Notes: generated by a model not told the origin, from the sequence alone. DNA of 64,000 bases from Candidatus Competibacter sp. (GCA_035441325.1 DAOROA010000010.1:7582-71581), one strand, 5' to 3'. Shown: positions 44,701-53,109, counted from the first letter of the stretch. Program-made: numbers and translations.

Positions 44701-45201
44701 TTAAGTGGGCGATGGGAAAATCCCAAAGAGCGAGACGATAAAGCTGACACACAGGTATGGCTGAAAATTAGTGTGCGGCTGTGACCCACCTACGGAAGTG
44801 ACAGATCCCGTCGCAAGCGATATCGTCGGAGCGCCGGCACGATAGAGCTTTGCCGCTGCCTGACCGGTCACGTTGTTTTGTGGATTGCTCAGGGTAGGAA
44901 TATCGTTCGATGCCAACATCGGATGGCCGTGAGCAGGGATTTGGTTGACCGTCAAAGTGACCTCTTCCACGCCACCGGTCTCGGCCAAAACGAAACCATT
45001 ACCCATGTGAAGCGGCAATCGGCCCCGTAGATCGGGCAATGCAAATGTCGATTGTCCATCGCCGCCGTATGTAGTGCCGATCAGATTGAAAAGCGTCTCG
45101 TTCTCGGAAATAGGAAGAAGTTGTCCCTCGCAAAACATCCAACCAGCTGGGGCAAAATTCCCTGCGAACATTCGGATTTCACCAACATAAGGTTGCGCCA
45201 T
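44701..45201 (-). CDS. phage tail-collar domain protein (MdpB/COG4675 family), paralog 2
   Basis: MAQPYVGEIRMFAGNFAPAGWMFCEGQLLPISENETLFNLIGTTYGGDGQSTFALPDLRGR...QPHTNFQPYLCVSFIVSLFGIFPS. GGAGAGG SD. Confidence 0.85.
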   Translation of the reverse strand: MAQPYVGEIRMFAGNFAPAGWMFCEGQLLPISENETLFNLIGTTYGGDGQSTFALPDLRGRLPLHMGNGFVLAETGGVEEVTLTVNQIPAHGHPMLASNDIPTLSNPQNNVTGQAAAKLYRAGAPTISLATGSVTSVGGSQPHTNFQPYLCVSFIVSLFGIFPSPT

Positions 45202-45212
45202 GTGCCTCTCCG

Positions 45213-45710
45213 TTAGGTTGGTGACGGGAAAATGCCCTGTAGGGCGATGCTGAAATTCAGCGTCAGGAAGGGCTGCATGTTCAGGTGCGACTGACTGCTA
45301 CCTACCGTGCCCACCTCGGACGGCGACATTGCAACCAGATTGCCCGGAGGTGCGTAGACATTGTTGGAAATTGCCAGATAGCCCCCCGTGGCGACATTCG
45401 TCTCTGCCGGAGTATTGGAGCCCTTCGGCGCGTGGGCATGGGTCGGTAATTCCGCGATCGACAGCGTGTGGGACTGCTCGCCGCCCCGTGCCCCGAGCGT
45501 ATGGCTGTTGCCGACGTGAATCGGCACGCGGCCACGCAGGTCGGGCAAAGCAAAATTCACGCGACCATCCCCACCGAATGTCGTGCCAAGGAGCGAAAAA
45601 AGCCCCTGGTTTTGGTTGATGGGCAATAATTGGCCATCGCACAGCGCCCACCCCTTGGGGGCGAAATTGAAACTCATCATTCGAATTTCGGAAAGAAATG
45701 GTTCTGCCAT
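45213..45710 (-). CDS. phage tail-collar domain protein (MdpB/COG4675 family), paralog 1
   Basis: MAEPFLSEIRMMSFNFAPKGWALCDGQLLPINQNQGLFSLLGTTFGGDGRVNFALPDLRGR...SQSHLNMQPFLTLNFSIALQGIFPS. AGAGGA SD. Confidence 0.85.
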   Translation of the reverse strand: MAEPFLSEIRMMSFNFAPKGWALCDGQLLPINQNQGLFSLLGTTFGGDGRVNFALPDLRGRVPIHVGNSHTLGARGGEQSHTLSIAELPTHAHAPKGSNTPAETNVATGGYLAISNNVYAPPGNLVAMSPSEVGTVGSSQSHLNMQPFLTLNFSIALQGIFPSPT

Positions 45711-45740
45711 AAGTTGGTTCCTCTTTTCATTGCAATAAAT

Positions 45741-48700
45741 TTACGGTGGTGTCGGACAGGCTGCGCCCCCCACAAAAGTTGATGCAAATGTCGCTGAATC
45801 CACGTATGCGGTAACTGCTGTCCCGGCAACGTTGTTATTGGCTAGAACGAAATTTTGAACTTGCGTTTGCCTCGCCGGCTCAGTGCCAGAAGGTACGAGA
45901 CCCGGTAGTTGAATAGACGATGCTCCTGACGCTCCACCCCCAAGGATGATGTCATTGGCGTTACTCGGATCACCAGTGCTGAAATCATTTTGTGAGGCTC
46001 CAGCACCGCCGATCTGTGCGCAGACATGGATGGCATCGCTGGAAGAAGGAGCACCGGCGGTCAATGCCAAACCAGCAAAGGCACCAGCTCCGGGTTCGGC
46101 AGCCGTATTACCGGTCATCGTCAAGTTGACGGCATAGGTTCCACCCGTGTTGTCGTCGAAGATACCCGCGTTACCGCTGTAATTCCGAATCTGATTGTTG
46201 GTGAGCGCCGAGGTGATCGTCCCCCCGCCAGCAAAGGAGAAGAACAGTCCGTTGCCTGACGCGGAGCCGGAACCAGTTACACCGGTTACACCGATCGTGT
46301 TGGTGTTAAATGTTCCGCTCAACGACGTTCCGGCACTAGCTTTCTGCAGGGTAATACCGCTGCCGTTGGCGCCGCGGAAGCCGTTGCTGGACGTGTTGAA
46401 GGTATACGTGCCTTGCGTTGCCAGTGTTGCTCCGCCACCACCAATGATGTTAAAGGGGTGGTTATTGGAAAGCGTGTTGTTCTGGAACACCACATCCATG
46501 GTCGTACCGGTTTGGCCGGTGAAATCGATCAAATCGCCAGCTGCGCCAGTGAAGGTCGAACCTGTCACCGTCACGTTGGCGACGGTCCCGTTGTTACGCG
46601 CCTCTACTGCCAAGCTATCGTTATCGCTTGTCGCAACCGGTAACCCAAAGGTAGTACCGGTGATGGTTAAGCGATTCAGCGTGCCGCTGGTGTTGACCAC
46701 GGAGAAATTGCGCGCCCAGCTGCCACTGATGGTGCAGCTGGTTACTGTACCCGTTCCCGTCAAGCCCGTGGTCGTAGCGTTACCGAAATAGACACCGCCC
46801 TCGCCATAACTATCGATAGTGCCGTTCGTGCCGTTGGTCCCCCCAACGGTCGAATACTCCAGCGCGAACCCGTTGACCGAGAACCCCCGGATGCCAAAGT
46901 TCTGGTTCGTGCCATTGATGGTCATCCGCCGCAGAGTCACGTTTTGCGCGCTATTCAGGTAAACACCAATACCACTGGTAGCGCCATCGGCCCCCACCAT
47001 GTTAGCGATAGTGCCTCCGCTGCTATTACCGCCGACAGAGGTGTTTGAGCCGTCGCCGGTCACGGTAAAGCTGCCGGTGGTCGTGTCCAGCACGATGCCG
47101 TTGGCCCCACCGTTGGCCGAAACGCTGGTCAGGCTGATGGTGCCGCCCAGGCTCGACAGGTTCACGGCAGTGCCAGTCGTGCTGGTAACGCTAACCTCGC
47201 TGACATTCACTCCGGAGATCGCGCCGGCGGCGTCATTGATGCCGGTGGCCGTGCCAGTGGTGAGGTTAAAACCTTGCGCCTTAACGTTATTGCCGTTCAA
47301 GGTCAGCGTGCCCTGAATCGTCGGCCGCGTCCCACCGATTCCCGGCCGGGCGATCGTGCCAAGGGGCGGCGAAATACCCATCAGGGCATCGAAACTCGCG
47401 CCGCTGGCACCCTGACCAATCAGCCATTGTGCGCCGGCCTGGGTGGTGTCTCCAGTCAGACTGACCCCCGTACCTGCGGCCGTGGTGCCGCTGTAGACGA
47501 AGATGCGGTGATTCGTGTTAGTGCCCTTGGCCGTGTTGGCCGACGCCAGGCTATTAAAGGAACTAGCCAGGGTGCCGTTGCCGTTGGTGCCTGCGGCCGG
47601 ATCGACGAACCAGATGACCGGGCCGCTGACGTTGACCGTGATCGTGGCGGGCGCGCTGGTCTGCGGCCCCCCGGCGCCGCAGCCGCTGTCCACAACGGTG
47701 TAGTTGAACGTCACGGCGCCAGTTACGCCGGGCGGTGGGTCGAAGTCGAACGTGCCGGCGTTCACATCGACGTTTGAGATCGTGCCGCCGGTGGGGCTCG
47801 TGGTTGGGCCGACGGTGCCGACCGTAAACGTCGGATTACAGGCTGGCGATCCGGTGTTGATATCGGGGTCGGTAACCCCGGTCAGCAGTCCCGAAAGGCC
47901 AGTGATTTTCATGTTGGCCTGGGCGCTGGCGGTTTTGGGCTGCGCCACCGGTGGGTCGTTGACAGCATTGACGGTAATGGTGAAGGTCTGTGAAGCGGAC
48001 GTATCCACCCCGCCGTTAGCAGTGCTGCCGTTGTCTGAAAGAGTGACCGTGATCGTCGCGCTGCCATTGGCGTTGGCCGCTGAAGTATAGGTCAGCACAC
48101 CAGTGGACGAGATCGCCGGTCCGGCGCCGAACAAGCTGGGGTTGGTGTTGCCGGTGATGTTGAAGTTCAGCGTCTGTCCCGCTTCGTTCGCCGGCCCTGC
48201 GGAGATGCTGGTGGCCCAGCCGGGAACGGTCTGCGCGCCAGCGTCCTCATCGACTGTCTGATCCGATCCAGCAGTGAAGCTGGGCGCGTCGTTCACCGCG
48301 TTCACCGTGATGGTAAAGGTCTGTGCTGCCGATGTATCCACGCCGCTGTTGGCGGTACCGCCGTTGTCGGAGAGCGTCACGGTGATCGTCGCGCTGCCGT
48401 TGGCGTTGGCCGCCGGAGTGTACGTGAGCACGCCGGCCGCAGAAATTGCCGGCCCTGCACTGAACAGCGATGCATTGGTGTTGCCGGTGATATTGAACGT
48501 AAGGGTTTGCGTGCCGCCATCGCCATCGTTGATCGCGGTCGCCCACGGGTTCACGGTCTGCGCGCCAGCGTCTTCGTTCACGGTCTGATTCGGCCCGGCG
48601 GTGAAACTGGGCGCGTCGTTGATCGCGCTTACCGTAATGGTGAAGCTCTGCGGTGCGCTGGTGTTGACATTCGGCGGCGTGTTGGAACCGTCGTCCGACA

Positions 48701-51700
48701 GCGTCACGGTGATCGTCGCGCTACCGTTGGCGTTGGCCGCCGGAGTGTACGTGAGCACGCCGGCCGCAGAAATTGCCGGCCCTGCCGAGAATAGCCCTGG
48801 GTTAGTGTTATTGGTGATGTTGAAGGTAAGGGTTTGCGTGTCACCGTCACCATCGCTGATCGCGGTCGCCCACGGGTTCACGGTCTGCGCGCCGGCGTCT
48901 TCCAGCACCGTCTGATCTGCCCCTTTGGTAAACGAGGGGGCCGAATTGATGCTGTTGACCGTCACCGTCGAGGTCGCCACAGCACTGTCAGCCGCGCCGT
49001 CGTTGGCCACAACCGTGATGCTGCGAGCCGTGGTGTCGGGATCTGGCGACGTGTTGTTGTAGACGAGCGTGCGTAGCACGGTCTGGAAGTTTGCCGCCGT
49101 GTCGGGACCATTAAGCAGGAGCACGCCCGTAGCTGCATTGTAAGCAACGGCGCTGATGCTGGTGCCGGCGGTATTCGCCGATAGCGACTCGACCGCACCA
49201 TCGGGTCGATTGGTCAGCGTCACCGTGGCGCTGGCGAGATTGGGATTATCGACATCGGCCACGGTGAGATTGACGGCGTCGACGATGGCTACCGCACCGC
49301 CTCCTTCCGTGAAAGTGGCGGCGAAATCGATACCTGCGACGGCACCGTTGAGATCGACGACAGGTGCATCATTGGCGCAATTGACGGTGACCGTCACGGT
49401 TCCCGTCGAACTGCCAGGCGTCAAAGTGTAGGTGAAGGTGTCCAGGGTGGTGCCTGGCGGAGTGTTGCAATAATCCGGTGCGGGCTGGTAGGTGAGGTCA
49501 GCCCCACCGTTGGTGATCGCGACCGTGCCGCCGTTCGCAGAGGGCGTCTGCACCGAGGCGATGCTCTTGGGGCCACCATCGGGATCGGTGTCATTGGCGA
49601 GCACATCGATTGCGGTCGCCGCCGCATCCTCGGCGAGATTGGCGGTATCGTTCACAGCCGTAGGCGGATCGTCCACGGCTGTAACAGTGATTGTGAAGGT
49701 CTGTGCGGCTGAAGTGTCCACTCCACCGTTGGCCGTACCGCCGTTGTCCCGCACGGTTACGCTAAAGGTCGAGGTACCGTTGGCGCCAGCGGCGGGCGTG
49801 TAGGTCAGATTGCCGTTGGTGGCGACGCTCGGAGGCGCGCTGAAGAGCGCCGCGTTGCTCACGCTGCTCACGGTGTAGACAAGCACGGCTTGAGCAGACT
49901 CTTGCGCGTTGCCGGGATCGAAAGTCGCCCAACCGGCGACCGTTTGCACTCCAGCGTCTTCGTTCACCGCCGGCGGATTGCTGGCGGTAAAGCCCGGTTG
50001 ATCGTTCACGCCGTTCACCGCGATGGTAAAGGTCTGCGGCGCGGACGTATCTTGCCCGCCGTTGGCGGTACCGCCGCTGTCCTGCACCTGCACCTGAAAA
50101 GTAGCCGTGCCGAAAGCGTTGGGTGCTGGCGTGTAGCCGAGATTACCACTGGTGTTGACGCTTGGCGGGGTGCTGAACAGCGCCGCGTTGCTCACGTTGC
50201 TCACCGTGTAGGCGAGCGCAGTCTGAGCGGATTCGTCGGTGGCGCCAGGATCGAACGCCGTCACCCAGCCGTTCACGGTTTGCGGACCGCTATCCTCGTT
50301 GACTGCCGGAGGATTAGCGGCGGTGAAGCTTGGTGCATCATTGACGCTGGTGACGGTTACAGTGGCGGTCGCTGGGGCGCTGGAGTTGCTGCCATCGCTG
50401 GCCACGAAGGTGATGGTTCGCGCTGAGGTAGCCGTCGGCGCGGTGGCGGTATTGTCGTAAGTCGCGGTGCGCAATGCCGCTCGATATTGGGCGAGCGGCG
50501 CCGAACCGGATAAGGTCAGCACGCCGGTAGCGGCATTGAAGGCGGCTGTTATAGGCGTATTGGGAGCGATCGTGGCGGCGCTCACCGCCAGGGATTCCTG
50601 GCCGGAGTCGATGAGATTGGTGATTGTCAGCGTGGCCGAAGCCAGATTCAGGCTATCCGGGTCGCTGACGGCGAGGTTCGCAGGATCGACAATCGCGACC
50701 GCGCCGCCATCCTCGATGAAGGTGGCGGCAAAGTCGATGCCGGCGGCAGGGCCGTTGAGGTCGAGTACCGGAGCGGGATTGGTGGCATTGCCGACAGTAA
50801 TGGTGAAAGCTTGGTCCGTGCTCAGGCTAGGGGTGCCGTTGTCGGTCACGCGTAGGATGACAGCATGAGGTCCGAGATCGGCGGGACCGGGAGTGCCGCT
50901 CAGAGTGCCTGTTCCGGTGCTACCGGGCGTGAAGATCAACCAAGCCGGCAGCGTGGGCGCGGTCAACGTCAGCGCGTTACTGTTGGGATCGCTGGTCGTG
51001 ACGGCATAGCTATAGGGGTTGGCGACGTTGGCAGCGGTGATTGGAGTGCTGGTAAAAACCGGTGCCTGGTTGGATGACGGCGTCGTTGCAGCATTCGCGA
51101 TATCGGTTCGAAAAAATAGCTTACCGCCTTCTTGGGCAGCAAAAGCCATGACAATATCCGTATTGGGAGCGCTATCTCCCTGGGCGTCCGCACCGACCGC
51201 TGGCACAGCCTGCCAGTCGTTGACCTGACCGTCCAGATGAAAACCCGCTGCCCAGGCAATGCCCGCCAACATCCCAACCAGCAATATGCCAACCACGCTC
51301 GCCGGAAGACGGGATCGGTGCCGGAACACCATAACGAGCAGGAACAAAGTTAACGCCAGAGAACCCCAACCAGACAGGAAGGGAATATCCGCCGGATTGC
51401 TAGGCTGGATGTCGAGCAGTATGGGCGGGTCGCTCACCGACCCCAGCAGGTCGTCGCCACCCGGCCCCTGCGCGGCGAAATAGAACCGCACGGTGATGTC
51501 GGGAGCAGCAATCAAATTGGCATCGACCGCTTGTTCGACGACATCAGCTCCATTTGCGCCGTTGTTCGATCCCACCGGATAGGGGGCACCAGGCAATACA
51601 GTCGGGGGGCCGAAGCTGCCGCCGATACAACTTTCTAGGGTGAGTTGAGTAACCTGGGGCGCGGTGGATTCGGAGACGGTTGTCGCCAGTCGCCGTTCGA

Positions 51701-51857
51701 TCCCCATGACGGTGCCGGACGTAGGGAGGGTGACAGCACAACCTGTCGCAGAGTTGTTATCGGAATCAATCAGAACGAAATAGCTGAGCTGCGCCCAACT
51801 CGGGGCCGACAGGAGCACCAATGCGACGGCAAACACCAAGCGGACCACCAAGTCCAT
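45741..51857 (-). CDS. 2038-aa secreted repeat protein: N-terminal domain, internal IPTL-like hydrophobic hairpin, about 10 Ig/cadherin-like modules, C-terminal parallel beta-helix
   Basis: Sec signal MDLVVRLVFAVALVLLSAPSWA|Q. Repeated ~110-aa modules are bounded by VNDAP/INDAP/VDDPP. Two ~150-aa modules read 'DLNG..AGIDFAATF...LTL.G...A.Y...LRT..Y.N'. The last ~630 aa are G/T/N-rich with ~22-25-aa beta-helix periodicity. GGGAG SD before the ATG at 51855-51857. Confidence 0.85.
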   Translation of the reverse strand: MDLVVRLVFAVALVLLSAPSWAQLSYFVLIDSDNNSATGCAVTLPTSGTVMGIERRLATTVSESTAPQVTQLTLESCIGGSFGPPTVLPGAPYPVGSNNGANGADVVEQAVDANLIAAPDITVRFYFAAQGPGGDDLLGSVSDPPILLDIQPSNPADIPFLSGWGSLALTLFLLVMVFRHRSRLPASVVGILLVGMLAGIAWAAGFHLDGQVNDWQAVPAVGADAQGDSAPNTDIVMAFAAQEGGKLFFRTDIANAATTPSSNQAPVFTSTPITAANVANPYSYAVTTSDPNSNALTLTAPTLPAWLIFTPGSTGTGTLSGTPGPADLGPHAVILRVTDNGTPSLSTDQAFTITVGNATNPAPVLDLNGPAAGIDFAATFIEDGGAVAIVDPANLAVSDPDSLNLASATLTITNLIDSGQESLAVSAATIAPNTPITAAFNAATGVLTLSGSAPLAQYRAALRTATYDNTATAPTATSARTITFVASDGSNSSAPATATVTVTSVNDAPSFTAANPPAVNEDSGPQTVNGWVTAFDPGATDESAQTALAYTVSNVSNAALFSTPPSVNTSGNLGYTPAPNAFGTATFQVQVQDSGGTANGGQDTSAPQTFTIAVNGVNDQPGFTASNPPAVNEDAGVQTVAGWATFDPGNAQESAQAVLVYTVSSVSNAALFSAPPSVATNGNLTYTPAAGANGTSTFSVTVRDNGGTANGGVDTSAAQTFTITVTAVDDPPTAVNDTANLAEDAAATAIDVLANDTDPDGGPKSIASVQTPSANGGTVAITNGGADLTYQPAPDYCNTPPGTTLDTFTYTLTPGSSTGTVTVTVNCANDAPVVDLNGAVAGIDFAATFTEGGGAVAIVDAVNLTVADVDNPNLASATVTLTNRPDGAVESLSANTAGTSISAVAYNAATGVLLLNGPDTAANFQTVLRTLVYNNTSPDPDTTARSITVVANDGAADSAVATSTVTVNSINSAPSFTKGADQTVLEDAGAQTVNPWATAISDGDGDTQTLTFNITNNTNPGLFSAGPAISAAGVLTYTPAANANGSATITVTLSDDGSNTPPNVNTSAPQSFTITVSAINDAPSFTAGPNQTVNEDAGAQTVNPWATAINDGDGGTQTLTFNITGNTNASLFSAGPAISAAGVLTYTPAANANGSATITVTLSDNGGTANSGVDTSAAQTFTITVNAVNDAPSFTAGSDQTVDEDAGAQTVPGWATSISAGPANEAGQTLNFNITGNTNPSLFGAGPAISSTGVLTYTSAANANGSATITVTLSDNGSTANGGVDTSASQTFTITVNAVNDPPVAQPKTASAQANMKITGLSGLLTGVTDPDINTGSPACNPTFTVGTVGPTTSPTGGTISNVDVNAGTFDFDPPPGVTGAVTFNYTVVDSGCGAGGPQTSAPATITVNVSGPVIWFVDPAAGTNGNGTLASSFNSLASANTAKGTNTNHRIFVYSGTTAAGTGVSLTGDTTQAGAQWLIGQGASGASFDALMGISPPLGTIARPGIGGTRPTIQGTLTLNGNNVKAQGFNLTTGTATGINDAAGAISGVNVSEVSVTSTTGTAVNLSSLGGTISLTSVSANGGANGIVLDTTTGSFTVTGDGSNTSVGGNSSGGTIANMVGADGATSGIGVYLNSAQNVTLRRMTINGTNQNFGIRGFSVNGFALEYSTVGGTNGTNGTIDSYGEGGVYFGNATTTGLTGTGTVTSCTISGSWARNFSVVNTSGTLNRLTITGTTFGLPVATSDNDSLAVEARNNGTVANVTVTGSTFTGAAGDLIDFTGQTGTTMDVVFQNNTLSNNHPFNIIGGGGATLATQGTYTFNTSSNGFRGANGSGITLQKASAGTSLSGTFNTNTIGVTGVTGSGSASGNGLFFSFAGGGTITSALTNNQIRNYSGNAGIFDDNTGGTYAVNLTMTGNTAAEPGAGAFAGLALTAGAPSSSDAIHVCAQIGGAGASQNDFSTGDPSNANDIILGGGASGASSIQLPGLVPSGTEPARQTQVQNFVLANNNVAGTAVTAYVDSATFASTFVGGAACPTPP
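47956..48941 (-). repeat. three head-to-tail coding repeats (327, 327, 333 nt) inside the giant gene
   Basis: Protein units APSFT[KA]G..QTV.EDAGAQTV..WAT.I..G......QTL.FNIT.NTN..LF.AGPAIS..GVLTYT.AANANGSATITVTLSD.G.....V.TSA.Q.FTITV.A[IV]ND occur three times. DNA segment 48373-48458 recurs at 48700-48785 with 85/86 identity. Confidence 0.85.
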
Positions 51858-52037
51858 GAAAGTGCTCCCATGTAGTCTTAGCTCTGGCTAATCCACAAAA
51901 ATTTGACGATTTATATAGTAGGTATTTATTAGTAATACATATAGACAATGACCATCTAATCAACAAGACCAATTTTTACAAAAAGACGGTCGAATGCAGC
52001 TTACGATAGGTTTATCAACCTTCCTGGGAACGCTGTA

Positions 52038-52533
52038 TTGACGGGACTATCGCCGTGTACCGGTAGGCAGACGCCCAGGTCGAGGCAGATCAAATCAAGC
52101 GGGGATGAGCAAAGCCGCAAGAACAACGAGATACAGGAAGAAATCAAACTCTCGCGGACTCGGCAGGAGCAAGGCATCGGCGCACTGGGCGCCAACTGGG
52201 GGATATCGCCTCCGAGTACAGTTTCCGCACCGTACTGAAAGGCATTTTGGAGACGAATACGACGGCACCGGTATGGCGCTCGGAGCACCCGATCAAATCG
52301 AGATCGACATCATCGTCAGAAATGGCGAGTTGATTCCCTGCGAACTCGCATCATCCATGTTCAATCCGATATATACACCTTACGGTCGCAAGGTGCGTTT
52401 CTACGCGTAGCGCCAGCCCCAAGCTCAGCGCCGGATCGCGACTTTGCCGATGGCACCCCCACCAGCCCGCGCCGCCGCGGAAAAGCTGGGCATCGAAGCG
52501 TTCGGCTACGCCGAGGATACGACAGGCCTCTGA
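52038..52533 (+). pseudogene. decayed PD-(D/E)XK-like (DUF3782-type?) gene with two or more frameshifts and an in-frame TAG
   Basis: Family-like pieces lie in three frames: ...GALGANWGI (frame of ORF 52038..52238), SEYSFRTVLKGILE (third frame), then GDEYDGTGMALGAPDQIEIDIIVRNGELIPCELASSM...RKVRFYA-TAG-...AAEKLGIEAFGYAEDTTGL (frame of ORF 52105..52410, continuing past the stop at 52408-52410). Confidence 0.45.
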
Positions 52534-52622
52534 CCTAACGCAACGAGCCTACCCGTCGACTCCTCCGCCGGTAACCTATCGGGAGAGGAGCAACATGTGC
52601 GAGAAAATGGCGGTGAGAAAGA

Positions 52623-52889
52623 TCAGGATTGCATGTCGCGAATGTGGTGCGTCAGACGGCTCTTGTGGCGGGCCGCCTTGTTGGCGTGAATCAGCCCCTT
52701 GCGGGCCATGCGGTCGATCACCGGCACGGCGGTCCGATACTCTGCTTCAGCTTTGGTCTTGTCGCCGGTTTGAATGGCTTTGATCACCCGCTTGACATAG
52801 GTGCGCAACATGGAGCGCATGCTGGCATTGTGCTGGCGGTGTTTCTCAGCCTGACGGGCGCGCTTTTTCGCTTGAGCGGTGTTGGCCAA
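52623..52889 (-). CDS. rpsT: 30S ribosomal protein S20
   Basis: (M)[34 protein letters not shown]... The initiation codon is a TTG (52887-52889) with AAGGAG 7 nt upstream. Confidence 0.95.
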   Translation of the reverse strand: MANTAQAKKRARQAEKHRQHNASMRSMLRTYVKRVIKAIQTGDKTKAEAEYRTAVPVIDRMARKGLIHANKAARHKSRLTHHIRDMQS

Positions 52890-53109
52890 AATCGATACTC
52901 CTTACGACACAACAGGATAAATGTAGCGCTATTCGGGTTCAAAAAAAGGGCGATAATAATGACAGTTCCCACCGCTCTGTCAATCCCCAACCCGCGCCGC
53001 CGGCAACTCCCGCCGCTCTGTCAATCCTCGACCCACGTCGCCGCTGACAGTTTTAGCCGATCCCGCTATCATCCGCGCCTTCCAAATTCCGTGCGGGATC
53101 GCATTCTCG

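Noticed and set aside
44165-45710. Collar genes as a prophage or tailocin fragment
   Set aside because: No other phage structural, lysis, regulatory or integration genes occur within at least 20 kb on either side. The genes are operonic with non-phage genes. I kept this as a cellular-system hypothesis instead.
47956-50400. Regular ~330-bp periodicity, considered as a possible non-coding array (CRISPR or satellite-like)
   Set aside because: The period is far too long for CRISPR. There is no repeat/spacer alternation, and the whole region is one continuous open frame encoding Ig/cadherin-like modules.
51889-51897. TAATCCACA, an 8/9 match to a DnaA box
   Set aside because: It is a single isolated copy in an AT-rich promoter region, with no cluster of boxes, no DUE-like 13-mers and no dnaA/dnaN/gidA context.
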